DNA of 62,740 bases, filler included, from Choristocarpus tenellus KU-1152 (GCA_964200185.2; 8 parts of 8 records of this genome joined end to end with filler, not necessarily neighbours in it), one strand, 5' to 3'; positions 14,041 through 26,685 are shown, numbered from the whole stretch's first letter. A program made the numbers and translations. Notes: generated by a model from the sequence alone, not told the origin.

Positions 14041-14582
14041 GGTTCTGTCATACCTGTGCATGCAGTATACACACGACACATACACATTATTACCAGGCGG
14101 GTGGGCAGGTGCTAATAGAATGTAGAGTCTCACGCAAGTGGGGATAAAATTTCTGAGTTTGCTATCACTACTACACTGTTGGCGCTGTTACGTGTGTACC
14201 ATATGTTGGTAGACACATATTTTTCCATGTGCGAAGTGTATGATACCCTGCACACGATGCACGTGAGGGGATCAGCATTATCCAAGGCCAAGGGCATGGA
14301 TAAGCCAGAAGGCAAGGAAGGGTAAAAACGATGGCAGGAAGGAGAGATAGAATTTTTCTTTCAGAGAAGGTACCAACGACAACAACTCTGCTTCTCCTGC
14401 GAAGGAGAAGGACACTGCCGGTGTAGAAGTAGTGAGTGTTCGTACTACAAGTAAAAATCCCAACTTTGTTAACTACCACTAATACTACTGCCAATCAGGA
14501 TGGAGATTATAAAAAAGGTATGTACATTATTGGGGCTATATCTCCTTCACTGATCGCAATATCCTGAGAGTAATCAACAGTA

Positions 14583-14700
14583 AACAGTGGATTTTAAAAA
14601 TTGAGGATGGAGCGTACTTTTGAGGATGGCTTTGACCGAAAATGGTGCGGAAAAAGTGCCGATATGTTCTTTTTGTAAATGTTGCGGCACTTTTTAAGGG
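14583..14700. repeat. Dispersed repeat family D end (probable DNA-transposon terminus), cut by contig end
   Basis: Matches 58408-58475 (aacag..gattt.aaaaattgaggatggagc...tgaggatgg.ttgacc.aaa). Confidence 0.65.
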
Positions 14701-14800
14701 NNNNNNNNNNNNNNNNNNNNNNNNNNNNNNNNNNNNNNNNNNNNTTAATTAATTAANNNNNNNNNNNNNNNNNNNNNNNNNNNNNNNNNNNNNNNNNNNN
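14701..14800. other. Artificial contig linker
   Basis: 44N + TTAATTAATTAA (stops in all six frames) + 44N. Confidence 0.98.
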
Positions 14801-15165
14801 GTTAAATCCCGGCTACGCCAAATTGTTTCGGTGACTACGCAAGTGGCATTGTCTCGACGTGTCATGCGCCTTAAACTAGAGTCACTAGGGAGATGGGCAT
14901 GGAGGGGTTTATTGGATTCTTGGGATGCCTCCCTAGCTCCCCCCCCCGGGGCGCAGGAGTAGGTAGATGGGAAGCACAGAAAGGCAGTAGTACAATATTG
15001 ATAGTGGTGAAGTAACTGATAGATTAGTGGTTTTCACACTTACAGTGTTTCATAGTGTTTTCAAATTTATGATTTTCTATTTCTTTAGGGCTTATACTGA
15101 TATGTATAGTTTTCATTGGTTTTCCCCCTGACACATCTGCAAAATGTCAGAGGGCATAATAATAT
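14801..15165 (+). mobile_element. 3' end of an RLE-type (CRE-like) non-LTR retrotransposon
   Basis: Reads VKSRLRQIVSVTTQVALSRRVMRLKLE; homologous to 23690-24040; ends in a ccctgaca...tgtcagaggg hairpin followed by cataataat. Confidence 0.65.
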
Positions 15166-15419
15166 ATGTATGAACGACTCGAAAGTATTTACAAAAGAGT
15201 AGTAGTAGTAGTACTACTACTATTACTATAGTGGACAAATGTCACACACACATGGATGTGGTGTTCCACCCTGGCTCAATATCGGATTACTGTATTTATG
15301 TGTAAATCAAACTTATTTGTAGACCAATAGGTCATCAATGTGTATGGCTTATCTCCCTACCAGGACAAAGGCCTTCTTCTGGGAGTTATTCTTCCAGAAG
15401 ATCAAGCAACCTGTCACTT

Positions 15420-15720
15420 GGAAAGTTCATCCACCAACAATACTGTACCTGGTCCTGCAGTCGTGCACTTTATATCAACACCTTCACAGTAGAAAGTTTT
15501 GGCCACCTTGCTAAGCAAGTAGGGAGCCTCCTGGGCGAGTTGACCGCCCATGCAAGTAGCAAGAAAGGAGCTTCCTGGGTGAGTTGGTCTCCCGTACGGT
15601 AGGGGGGAGAGGGATTGAGGGTATTGCAGAAAGAGGCTATCCAACCTCGTTTGCGGAAGATAGCATCAGTTGCTTTAATCCTCTTGAGACACGCCATGCG
15701 TTTCAACATAGGGACACCAG
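15420..15720 (+). mobile_element. Decayed CRE-like RLE fragment
   Basis: ttcacagtagaaagttttggccaccttgctaagcaag (FTVESFGHLAKQ) matches 23581-23618. Confidence 0.6.
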
Positions 15721-16042
15721 ACGGGTGAGCAAGAAGAGATCTGGCAGATTCTTGAGTTGCTTCCTTAGCTTCTCTCCCACCTTCGTAAAGCTAAGCTAGG
15801 TTAGGAGCAATGGAGTGTACATATTACTTCGTAGTGAAGTACCTTTAAGAAGAGGATATTGTTGTGAGAGTAGTGATCAAATATTTAATATTTGCTAGAC
15901 AGGTGCCTCAACATTAACGATAACGGTTATATTTAAGGTAGTTATTATCTATGTTGTACCACGGACTTCGTGTGTCTCAAATCTATTCCTGTACCCCAGA
16001 GTACAGTACAATACAGTACGGTCTACCACAATATATATTTGT

Positions 16043-16140
16043 ACACAAGTGGCATTGTCTCGACATGTCATGCGCTTCAAACTAGAGTCACCAGGGAGAT
16101 GGGCACAGAGGGGTCTGTTGGATTCTTAGGATTGACATTG
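16043..16140 (+). mobile_element. CRE-like 3' fragment
   Basis: Near-identical to 14840-14930 (caagtggcattgtctcgac.tgtcatgcgc...aaactagagtcac.agggagatgggca). Confidence 0.65.
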
Positions 16141-16529
16141 TTTTTCCAGCTCTCCAAAGGGCCTGACTATAGCTGATGCCAGGGTGATATCCTCCAATAC
16201 TATCGTGTCAGCTTCTAGGCTATACTTTGGCACCCTCAGAGGGCACTTGATCATTATTGTATTGTTATCATCTCGCTAGTCTGAGGGATCCCAGACCCAT
16301 GGTAAAATAAATTGTCCAGAGAAAGGCAATACACACTGAGAAAGCCAACAAGGGTCGTAGAAGAAAAACAAAAGAGAATAGAAGGAAGAAAAAACTTCGT
16401 ATCATCACCCAAAAAAACTTAAGCGGAAGAGAAGAAAAAAAAAATGAACAAAAGATGCAAAAGAATCAGCCCGCGTGCAGAAAAAAAAAACAGCGCACAG
16501 TAGTGGTGGGGGTGTTGGTTGCTTGGGCG

Positions 16530-18090
16530 ACCTTAACTGCTGCTTTGGTGTGGAATACATCAGCTATCGCGACCTCAGAATGGTGTTCGGTCATGAACCT
16601 CGTTGTGCCTTTAAACACATACCTGTATCACTTCTGTTTGTTGGTGGCCTCCATGCTCCAGCCCTCCACTCCAATCCCAAAGATGCCAAGGTCGACTTGG
16701 AGAGATGTCTAATAGTTCTTCTCTTGACTAATCTGATTCCTTTTCCATTTGCAAGCTCCCCAACATTAGCACATTGAGAAGTCGCCCATCCTCCATACGA
16801 GAGACTACCCCAGCAAATAGGAGCCTCCACTAAGCACTGTCACCTCAATACTCTCACACCCATGCTTCCTTAAATCACTTTATTAGAGAGGACATGATCG
16901 GTGTGTTCCCATGCGGAAACCTATTTAGCAGAGAAGGAAATTATGACAGTATGAAAAGAGCTTCAGATATTGAGCCCAGTGGAGTGTCCATGTCATACAA
17001 CCATATAACAGAACCTCAAGTACTCAGCTTTGAGAATTCGAACCTTAAGCTCAAGTGAGACATCTGAGGTCCTGTCATTAAGAGCTTGGTTGTATTTGCG
17101 AAAAGAACTCGAAGCTTTCTGAGTCTTCTCTGACTGGTCTCAGCAGTAATGACTCAAAGTATTCGGGGGGGGGGGTGGAGGCTGTCCATTGGTGTCCATT
17201 TTTCCTTGTCGCATTTTTTGAATTTTTGGTTGCATGCGTCGGATGGATAATGCAAGTTCACTTTACCTGGTCAGGGTTCAAATGGACACCCTGGTGTAGA
17301 CCCTTTCCCCCCCCACAGATACTTCGAGCTAATATCGGCATCATCATCACTGATGGTTCCCCCAAAAGTAATAAAACTTAACAGTCTGGTTGCAGATCTG
17401 ATCCAATTCGAACACAATCTCTCATACCATCACGGAATTGGCAGACAACAGAGATCGTCTTTAGAAGTGTTCCAAACTTGGCCAGCACAACTCCCACGAG
17501 ATTGCAAACAACATAGTCATACGCTTTCTGTAGGTTGATAAAATTTTCTTGCAGAGCATGTGCAGTGTATTTTGGTTTGGCTATGAAGCGCCAGGGCCAG
17601 AAACCATCATATTCCTTGGGAAGGATATTCTCCTGTTCCAGGAATCCCCCAACCACTCTGCAATAACTTTCATGAGGACTTTGCCAGCACATCCCACCAA
17701 TGAGATGCCCCTGAAGTTTCCATAGTCATTGCAATCCTTCTTGCACAGCACAGTGATGACCGCATCTTTCCAGACCTGTGACACACTTTCTGGTTCCACA
17801 CATTCAACACAATCTTGTGGAAACCGTGGAGAATAGTCTTGTTCTCCTGAAAGCCAAGCTTCGAGAGCTCAACTGGAAAATTGTCAGGACATACAACCTT
17901 CCCAACTTTCATTCCCCCACGCGAGTGGTTCAGCCACCTCCATCATTGTTAGAGAAGTAGCAAGGGCCCTGAATGTTGGTCGTTGATCAAAGGCTTCAGC
18001 ACTATGACGGTTGAGATCATCTGACTTGTAATTAAGGAGCGCTGTGAAGTATCTCCTCGATCGTTTCATGATGGATGCTGGTCCCTAAGT
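16530..18090 (-). mobile_element. Decayed RTE-clade LINE (reverse transcriptase and C-terminal region), internally deleted and interrupted by a MITE B
   Basis: Frameshifted motifs PDNFPVEL, WKDAVITVLCKK, NFRGISLV, FINLQKAYD, GGTISDDADI, LKVRILKAE..EVLLYGCMTW and RLLFAGVVSRMEDGRL. Confidence 0.85.
17151..17330 (+). mobile_element. MITE family B copy (180 bp)
   Basis: GACTCAAAGTATTC-polyG ... polyC-AGATACTTCGAGCT; TSD AAT/AAT. Confidence 0.85.
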
Positions 18091-18202
18091 AGCCGTCCAG
18101 ACTCATCACGGATGTGTGCAGAATAAGAAGTTTTAGGTTTGAGAGTTCCAGCAACCCTTCATTGCCTGTACTCTCATGGGGGAGTGTGCAAAATAGGACA
18201 AT

Positions 18203-18388
18203 AGTGAGGTGTACCTTATTTTGTGTATGAGAGATGTATCTAATGAGATAGTACATCCGGATTACAAATGGGAATATGTATGGGTTTTTATACTGCATTC
18301 AACTACTTTGACATAACCATGAACTTATGTATGAGGCACAAATAATAATAAAACAAAGCGATGAGAAGACAATTCACAAAGGTCACTC
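18203..18388. repeat. Dispersed repeat family C, copy 2
   Basis: Similar to 1-204. Confidence 0.75.
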
Positions 18389-18789
18389 TTCTAATTCCAT
18401 CCATTCTTTCCACGTTCAGCAAAGGGGATCGTGTGAGGCTTCACACCTTCTTGTCTTCACTAACTACTGATAAATAGCATTACCTCCCAAGGTAAATTAC
18501 ATGTACTCAAGGGCACTCTGGTTCTCTTGATCTTGAAGCCTTTCAGGTATAGATAGAAACTACACCTTGATCCCCAGAGCGAATAAGGTCTTCCAACTTG
18601 CTGGTGCATAATAAGATGTTGAGAAACTACTGTAACACAAATACCCTCAGTCATTTGAGCTGTTTGGCAGCTGATCATCCTGGTCAATGTGCGGAATGGA
18701 AGCGGTGGTGAGAGTATCAGCCACACAACAATTGAAAAAAAGTTTCGATACACCTCTCGATTTATGCGTGTCATCCATGCGCTGGGGCC

Positions 18790-18820
<31 letters not shown>

Positions 18821-21800
18821 TACGGATGATCAACCGAAGTTGATTCCGAAATATTAGAGATTTGTAATTATATAAACAATACTACTACTAAAATTGTAGT
18901 ACAAACAGTAACATAAATTTATTTATAATTCGTAGTGTGGACTACACGCCTTAAATCAAAACCAACCTACACTACCATTATGATCTATAGACGGGTGTGG
19001 CTGCCCGAGTTGAGGAATCAACCTACGGTATGCCCATAATGAGAAGATCACCGTCGACAGTGATGAATTGCTGCTTTTAATAATCCCTTCTCCGTGACCT
19101 GATCTCCCTGGCGGTGAAGCCACCATCGATGCCATCTATACTTGGCAACCTACCCTCGTATCTCTATCATATTTCTGCCAGTGCTGCTTTTCTCTGCTGT
19201 GGCCAGCTTTATAATCACCACACACACGTGCACACACAGCTATTTCCTTCCTGAAAAGTATTTCACCTCGATGGAGTGATTCCTCCATTAACGTCACAAC
19301 AACCGAGCCGTGCAATGCAGCAACCTGCACCTTGACACAACCCCAACTTGCTTGGCAACGTTCCACGTCCGTGCTTCCAGGCATGATACCTGTAGACTGT
19401 GTAAGGAGCTACGTAGCCAAGTAGAAATCAAATATCATGCCCAAAAGTGGTTCTAAATATGTCTCTTCAGTTGGCGCGCCCAACGACAACAAAAGTGAGA
19501 AGGAGATGCAAGTATCGAGCTCACCGACATCTCATGCCTACGACTCACCAAGATCAGTGACCAAAGCACGCAGCACGCTTTTGAAAGCATTTAATGGAAA
19601 ATTCCCCTCGATCTTTGGTTTCGGTTAACCGCAATTTGTTTGATCGAATGAATCGCTATGATCCGTAAAACTAGAACTCTGTCATCCTAATGCTGATGAA
19701 TGTCAATCGAGACACATTCACCATCATATTTTCGCACTGGCGGTACATCCAACTCTGTGGAGAAGGGAGTTGAACCTTGAAGCATTGACGACATGACATT
19801 AGAGCAGAATCCGAGTTGGTGCGAATCTGGTTGGCAGTATTCGTTCTTGAGGAACTTCTCCTGTACGTGTGAGGTACTCAGCGCACTAAGTACTTTGTAA
19901 ATTGTGTTAACTATTTGTTCTCAGAATTCAAGGATATCACAAATAAGCACAAAATACACAAGATACAGAGGAGTGCGAACTTGGTTGGAGATCTATACCT
20001 GGGGTGCATGATGGATCCGAGCATTTCCTGATCAGGCAATACCAGTCGGACGGGTTGACACGTTCAATAGGACACATATTCGAAAATATAAGCAATGATA
20101 ATCAGAAGAACGCTTGTTTGCCTACAAGGAAGCGGGGGAATCAGTTGGAGACTAAAACCTAAAAGGTCACATAGATCCTTGGAATGTGCTTGCCCGTCTA
20201 CCTTCCAAGTCTTGGTCAACCCCTCTTTCATCATGAAAATCAGCTTTCCACCTACCTATCTGCCCTCAATCTCCCCTATGGCAAACCTGCACCCAATGAT
20301 ACAGTGTAGGGTCTGATAACAAATTATCAGATGGACATGGATAGAGGTCTAGTAAGGGAGGGAAATGATGGAGATTCAAATGTGACACCTATTTCAAATA
20401 GAGAAACAGTAGCAGCGGCACTCATTCAGCAAGCATTTGTCTCCTAGTTGTACACCATTGTAGTTATAGTCATCCATAGTGATATCTTGTAGGACAAAGG
20501 AATGTACTTCAGCATATGCCAGCACATTCACGCCCTAAGAATGCAGATAAGGAAGGATGTCTCACACATTTTCATCGGTATGCTGCATGCTGGGCATGCT
20601 GTAAATATTGCGAGCTTCGTAACGTTTCAGACCATAGTGGACTTATAGGCGAAATTAACCTCTTTGACCACATGTGGACTTGTCCGAGGTCAATTTTCAT
20701 CGGTGTGTAGCTTCCTGGGCACACTAAGAATCATATGAGATTATTCGTGACATTTCAGACCATATTGAACTTTTTTGTGAATCAACCTCTTTGACTTCCT
20801 TCGGACTTTCCCAATGTGCTTTATTACAGCAGACCCCCCTGAATGAAACGTTTCATTGGTGACTTTATATGCAAGGATGAATGGTGACAAGGCCTCCTGG
20901 CGTATCCACCACTAAGGAAGTCCTAGTATGGTTCACTACGTATTGTGAGCTGGTCGAAAGGGCCACCTGCGAAACAAGTGTCGGTAGTTCAAAAGACAAG
21001 GAAAATTAACAAGGAGAAGTGAGAAGAGGCACTCAAAGGGAGCGAGACAGATTGATGACCAAACAAATGATCCAAAACGTATCAGCTTAGTCTAGGACTA
21101 GGCAGACATAATCCCACAAAGTGATGCAACAAAAAACACTAGAAGAATGCAGCATACGAAATGCATGGTGGTGCATGTCACATTCCATTACCAGCAGAGT
21201 ACAAGGGGTCAAAGGATTCCTAACCTCATCCTACATCACCCCACTCATACCCACCTACAATAAAAGGTCAGTCACCAGTACACGCCTGTTTTTTAGCGTA
21301 TTGCGACTATACTGCTTGTGAACGCGTAACAGTAACAGTGGTACTCGTCGAGATGCAGAATTTTTTAATTTCCCAGCCACACCAGTAGGCGCTCACGACA
21401 GGATGAATAAATGCGTGCGAGATGCAAGAAATTGCATGGGGTGGGTCCACTTCTAGTTGGAAGTAGCTCACAGTTTGTGTATGTCGTGTTCACTCTGACC
21501 AACGTTTGGCGTGGGGAGGTCCTCCCCACGAAAAGCAACCAAGTGGAAGAACCCGGGTGATGCAATGGAACAGCCTTTGGTACATGATGGGTGTTTTGTG
21601 GGACGCCTTGTATGTATTGGCTTGCTTAAATAGCGGATCCAGAGTTTTTTTATTCAAACAGACTTTTGTTGGAGGAGGAGCCTACAGATAGTAGACGTGT
21701 TTCCTGACAAAATATTCTACCACTGGGGTAGTTAGTCGAGCTTGGTGATATTTCACAGTCAGTGGCATTTTATCATCTCCCAACTCTATCTCATCAGAGA

Positions 21801-22036
21801 CTATCTCAATATCGTAATATCGTAATATCGGAATATCTTGACAAAATCTGAGGTCGTTGGTTCGAATCTCGACTAGGCCACTTTCCTGACAGAAGGATCT
21901 AGGCAACAGGGTCAACTTGAAACACGAAGATTGAGAGAACTCTTTTGGGATGCTCATATCTAGTGGGGTGATGACCCATATATTAAACTTGTTAGCAGCC
22001 CAGTCCTTGGTTCTGTCAACATAACGCGGTGTAACT

Positions 22037-22300
22037 GTATCAGAGTATCTTAGAGGGTAGAGCCGTGTCCATTTTGGGGTCAATATCCAATGTTGCGATT
22101 TTGACGCAATTTTGGCTATAGTTTTTGTTTGAAAGTGTCAATATCCATGTTCTGGACACACCTGTCATAACATATTCACTTTACTTACCTACTCCTAAAC
22201 ATTTTGGAGTAGAAAAAATGTCAAAAAAAGAACCCATGGGAAGCCAAGCCCCAAATGGACAAACGGGGCAAAACTCGTACCCTCTAAGACACTTTCAATC
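22037..22300 (+). mobile_element. MITE family A copy (eroded termini)
   Basis: agtatcttagagggtagagccgtgtccattttgggg ... cccaaatggacaaacggggcaaaactcgtaccctctaagacactttcaatc. Confidence 0.85.
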
Positions 22301-22490
22301 AGCAATACATACTCTTGTGATGTGTATCTCATGTATATTTTAGTCAGCCAGGTAAAAAATACGACATAATTATCGACTGTCATGCATTGGCTCCAAAATT
22401 ATATACATTTCTCCTGTCCTTTCCATTGCGATGAGGTAGGGTGCTTGACCAAGAATATCTGTTACTGTCGTTATTTATTTTAGAGATCCT

Positions 22491-22671
22491 GGCTCAAAGT
22501 ATCTGGGGGGGGGGGTGGCGGCTGTCCATTTGGATCAATTTTTTCATGTCGCAATGTTTGGGTGATTGGTTTGTATACGTCAGATAGATAATGTAAATGC
22601 TCCTTTCCTGATTTTGGCCAAAATGGACACCCTGGTGTAGACCTCCCCCCCCCCTCCAGATACTTTGGGTC
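22491..22671 (+). mobile_element. MITE family B copy
   Basis: GGCTCAAAGTATCT-polyG ... polyC-AGATACTTTGGGTC; flanks tcct/tcct. Confidence 0.88.
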
Positions 22672-22959
22672 TCCTCAACGATCACAAGCTGTTCTTCCTT
22701 CTTCATATCAAATGTTCATGGGCGGTGAATTTCTTTCTCTCCGTATTCTGTCCTACAAATTCCGAATTTGATATATAATTAAGAGTTCATGGATGCCATA
22801 GATACTCCGAGTATTTCCTAAGTAGCAGTAGTACTGTCCTGTTGCTTACGGAGACTGGTGTGAGTAGAAATTCTCGAACTTTTACTGTAAAACAATGCAT
22901 CGTCATTGAACCAGAAAAGCTGATCATCTCTCATGAACCTATGAATATATGTACCTATG

Positions 22960-23050
22960 TACAGAGGCCTGTCCACTAGTTCTTTCCCTGTCCACCTTGC
23001 TTCCGTTTTCCACCTGAAAGGAGCCCAAACTCTAGCACTGCATACACCTT
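22960..23050 (-). mobile_element. Short RTE LINE 3' fragment
   Basis: cctgtccaccttgcttccgttttcc is shared with 29138-29162. Confidence 0.45.
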
Positions 23051-23119
23051 CAGGTAATCAACTCTATTAATTAAACTATATAGTATAAATAGAGTAAGTT
23101 TCTATGACTAGAAAAGGTT

Positions 23120-23201
23120 GACGACGTGCCCGAGTGGTTAAGGGGATTGACTCGAAATCAATTACGATTTTCGTGCGCAGGTTGGAGTCCTGCCCTCGTC
23201 G
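23120..23201 (+). tRNA. tRNA-Ser(CGA), 82 nt, possibly a pseudogene
   Basis: Acceptor stem GACGACG/CCTCGTC (one C:C mismatch) plus discriminator G; D-arm with AGTGGTTAA; anticodon arm ATTGA-CT CGA AA-TCAAT; long variable arm; T-arm GCAGG-TTGGAGT-CCTGC. Confidence 0.85.
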
Positions 23202-23202
23202 G

Positions 23203-23211
23203 TTTTATTTT
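23203..23211 (+). terminator. Pol III oligo-T terminator
   Basis: TTTTATTTT immediately after the tRNA. Confidence 0.6.
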
Positions 23212-23329
23212 CAGCTCCTTTGTGACACTCACTACCGTACGTGTTTTCTTTTCAGGGTCTATGACAAAACGTTCTTTAAAAAAAATTAAAATATTTTTCA
23301 TAACATCCCTTGGAATATGAAGGACGGTG

Positions 23330-24040
23330 TGCACCATTCACAGTGGACCGAAATTTCTGCGTGGATTTGGTCTTCCATGTTGGCGCACTTGGGAACGCCA
23401 GATCAGCTGCCTACCGAGACGAAGGCCTCCTCCTGGATGTTACGTTTCCAGAAGTACAAGCAAGCCTCCCATCTACCCCACTCATCCACCAGCAATGGTA
23501 TAGCTGCTACTGCAGCTGAGGCGCTAAAGTGCACCCACTACGAGGGCTCTTTTGACCCTCGTAGTTACAACCTCAACACCTTTGTGGTGGAAAGTTTTGG
23601 GCACCTCGGTAAGCAAGCAGAAACATTTCTGGATGAGTCGGCGACGCACAATTTAGGAACCAGGAAGCTACAACAGGAAAGGGGCCGTCAAATTACATCT
23701 ACGGCATATAGTGTCTGTCACAACAAAAGTAGCTCTATCTAGACGTGTCATGCGTTTTAAGCTGAAGACACAGGGATATGGGCAAGGAGGGGCTTGTTAG
23801 ATTCTTGGGATGCTTCCCTAGCTCCTCACCCAGGGGTGCAGGGCAAAGCTAGGTTGGAGACACAGGAGGGCAGTGGTGTAGCGTAGCTGGTAGTAAAATA
23901 GTAAATGGATGATAGGAAAATGTCTTTAACATTTACAACAAATGTTACTTTTTCAGGGGTTTTGACATTTCAATGTTATTCTATTATAAATGTTTTTCCC
24001 CTCATACATCTGTAAAATGTCAGAGGGCATAATAATAAAA
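23330..24040 (+). mobile_element. 5'-truncated CRE-like non-LTR retrotransposon: restriction-like endonuclease region, 3' UTR and terminal hairpin with (AAT)n tail
   Basis: Frameshifted LLLDVT...AATAAEALKCTHYEGSFDPRSYNLNTFVVESFGHLGKQAETFLDE resembles the PD-(D/E)xK RLE domain of early-branching non-LTR elements; 3' end tgtcagagggcataataataaa. Confidence 0.7.
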
Positions 24041-24251
24041 ATAATTTCCATGTTTTTAATTTCCCACCTGCGTGCTTTTCCAAGTACAGAGAACCACGGT
24101 ATCACTTACATATCTTACTGCAAAATTACTCTAATCCAAACTAATATAATGCTTGCAGAGTAGATATGTCACAGAAGTCCCAAATTTACTTGGGTAGAGA
24201 TACATCTTATTGTTATTCAAAAGTCTCATTAGACTGAACTTTCCCCCCACT

Positions 24252-24401
24252 CGCTCAAAGTATCTGGGGTGGTGGTGGCGGTTGTCCATTCAGGGCCCAT
24301 TTTTTCATGTCGCGATTTTTGGGTGGTTCGGTTGCATGCGTTGGATGGGTAATGTAAGTGCACTTATCCTGGTCAGGACCCGAATGGACACCCTGGTGTA
24401 G

Positions 24402-24438
<37 letters not shown>

Positions 24439-24445
24439 CCTCCCC
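24252..24445 (+). mobile_element. MITE family B copy; right end lost in a poly-C tract at the contig end
   Basis: gctcaaagtatctgggg ... aatggacaccctggtgtagacccccc. Confidence 0.85.
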
Positions 24446-24476
24446 ACACAAAAACCCACCCAAAAAAACAAAAACA

Positions 24477-24576
24477 NNNNNNNNNNNNNNNNNNNNNNNN
24501 NNNNNNNNNNNNNNNNNNNNTTAATTAATTAANNNNNNNNNNNNNNNNNNNNNNNNNNNNNNNNNNNNNNNNNNNN
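24477..24576. other. Artificial contig linker
   Basis: 44N-TTAATTAATTAA-44N. Confidence 0.98.
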
Positions 24577-24619
24577 GTGACTGACTGACTGACTGTTATG
24601 TGTACCATCTACCACACAG

Positions 24620-26675
24620 GTTGCTGTTCAGTTTGCTGACCTTCATGACACCCCTGGAAGGATGGTTGCCAAGGGGGTGATAAGAAGGGAGGTACCTTGG
24701 TCGGAGTCAAGGGTGTACTTCTACTGGCGACTACGGAGGAGACTGGCAGAGTTTGATCTGCGTGCTCAGGTGGGAGTGATGTATATCCCCCCCCCCCCCC
24801 CCCCCCCCCCGGGGGTTGTTTTTTTTTTGTTATATTTTTTTTTTTTTTTTTTTAATTTATTTTNNNNNNNNNNCCCCCACCCCCCTTCCTTTGGCCTCCC
24901 CCCCCCCCCCCCCCCCCGCAGGTGTTGTATGTTTGTAGTAGTAACTATTTTTTGTTTCTCTAACAACATTGCCTGAGTTTTGATTCTGTTGTTGAGTACA
25001 AATCGTTCTGTATTTGTAGCGTATGCTGTGTCTTGTGTAATGTTTTATTTTATTTTATTTTATTTTTTCCCTGGTGAGAAGAGGTGTGTGTGCGTGTGCA
25101 TGCTGGAAGCGAGTTGAGTTCAATCCTGTCTTGTGTAGGGGTGTGATTAAGATGGATCGTTGTGTCTTTTTTGTTAATTAAGGCGACCAAGAAAATGTGT
25201 GTAAATCTATATTATTTATTTTTTGGTAAAACAAAAATAAGGCGTAACATTTTCATGTTGTCTCCTCTCCTGCCTCACACTTTGAAAATTATGTAGTTAT
25301 CTTGCTTAGAATTTCGTATTCATGTTCAGCAGACACGTATACATACATACATACACATGAACGACTGACTCCCTTATGATGTCGTTGTTGTGACTACTTT
25401 TGTTTATTACCTCATTTTCTCTTCTCATATTTTTATATTGCTTGTGCTAGAATAGAATCATTAGAATCGCACATCCATCCAAAAAGGAATATTAATTGAA
25501 GAATAATAATTCCCATGCATGATGATGACGACAATAATAATAATATGAACAAAAAAAAATTAATATATTTGTATCTATCAAAAATGAAAACAAAATAGTT
25601 GCAAGAGGCAGACCCAAGGCTAAGTCCCCTTGGCGCCAGTGCATTGCTGGAGGAGTGGTTTGTTGCAACAGCTGGTGAAGGGAGCTGGGAGAGTGACAAG
25701 GATGTCCTCTGCTGGATAGATTCACAGGTATGGTCTAGTGCGCTTGTGTTGTGGGTATGAGGAAGGGAGGAGGGAGAGGGGGGAGGGATGTGGATGGTTG
25801 AGTAGCAACTGTCTTGGTGTGATACTGTTTTGTTTGGAGCCAAACCAATGGAGAGGTCGGCAGGTTTGGACTCTTTTTTATTCCGTGTGAAAAAAAAATA
25901 CTGTATGACATACTCTATTTTTATTTTTATATGCATGATAGTGTAAATGAAGTTGATGTTTCCCACCTTTGCATACACTAGGCGATATCACAGTTGACAC
26001 CACAATTCAGTAAAAGGCTCTCTTTCTGCGATTTATGAAATGGAACAGTTTTTCCCTTTTTTTATCCTCAAGAGGTAACCCTGCCGACCTCTTGGTTGGT
26101 TTTTGTTTGACTCTTCTTGAGGCATAGTAAACAGGGGGGGGAAGTACTTGCCTTTGGTCTAGGGTGGTTTTGGCATGTGTGGCAGGTGTCTTTATGCGAG
26201 GGATGATATGTTTGCTGAAATATGGTGGGGTTGGTGTTCTCGAGGTTAGGGAGGTAGGATCGTTTTGTTGTGTGGAATATTAACAGTGGGATCTACTTTG
26301 GGGTGTGATTGGTTTCTATTGATAGTAGCGCAGCACTTATAAACTTTTTTTGTTGTTATTAGGAGAGGAGCCCTTTGCTCTCCTCTCTACAACTGTCTGC
26401 AGTTTTTCTAAAATGACAGTAGGGATTAATTTTGTTTTTCGGGTGTACTTCTGAAGTCGTTCACTCTCATAGGCAAGACTTTCTTTCCTGGCACATCATA
26501 CCAATTAACCATCCCCACGGATAAATCGCAGGAACCTGTCTGTAAGTGACTTGTGTCCTCTAGAGTTTGTATGAATGATGAGGCTTTTTCCCACTGCTCC
26601 CCACTATACGTTTCACAGGCTGCCGTCATCAAGGAACGCACGGAGAGAGTCAAGGTCTCTCATGTTGCTGCCCAG
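24620..26675 (+). CDS. ACC: Acetyl-CoA carboxylase (multidomain eukaryotic type), 3' exons only
   Basis: Exon 24620-24769 [42 protein letters not shown] is the hallmark carboxyltransferase C-terminus. Phase-0 exons follow at 25599-25727 (LQEADPR...[14 protein letters not shown]) and 26619-26675 or 26685 ([12 protein letters not shown]...). Final exon not located. Confidence 0.9.
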
Positions 26676-26685
26676 GTGCTCATTG

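Noticed and set aside
18960-20080. Possible minus-strand exons
   Set aside because: Splice-like sites exist, but I found no consistent phase chain or recognisable protein.
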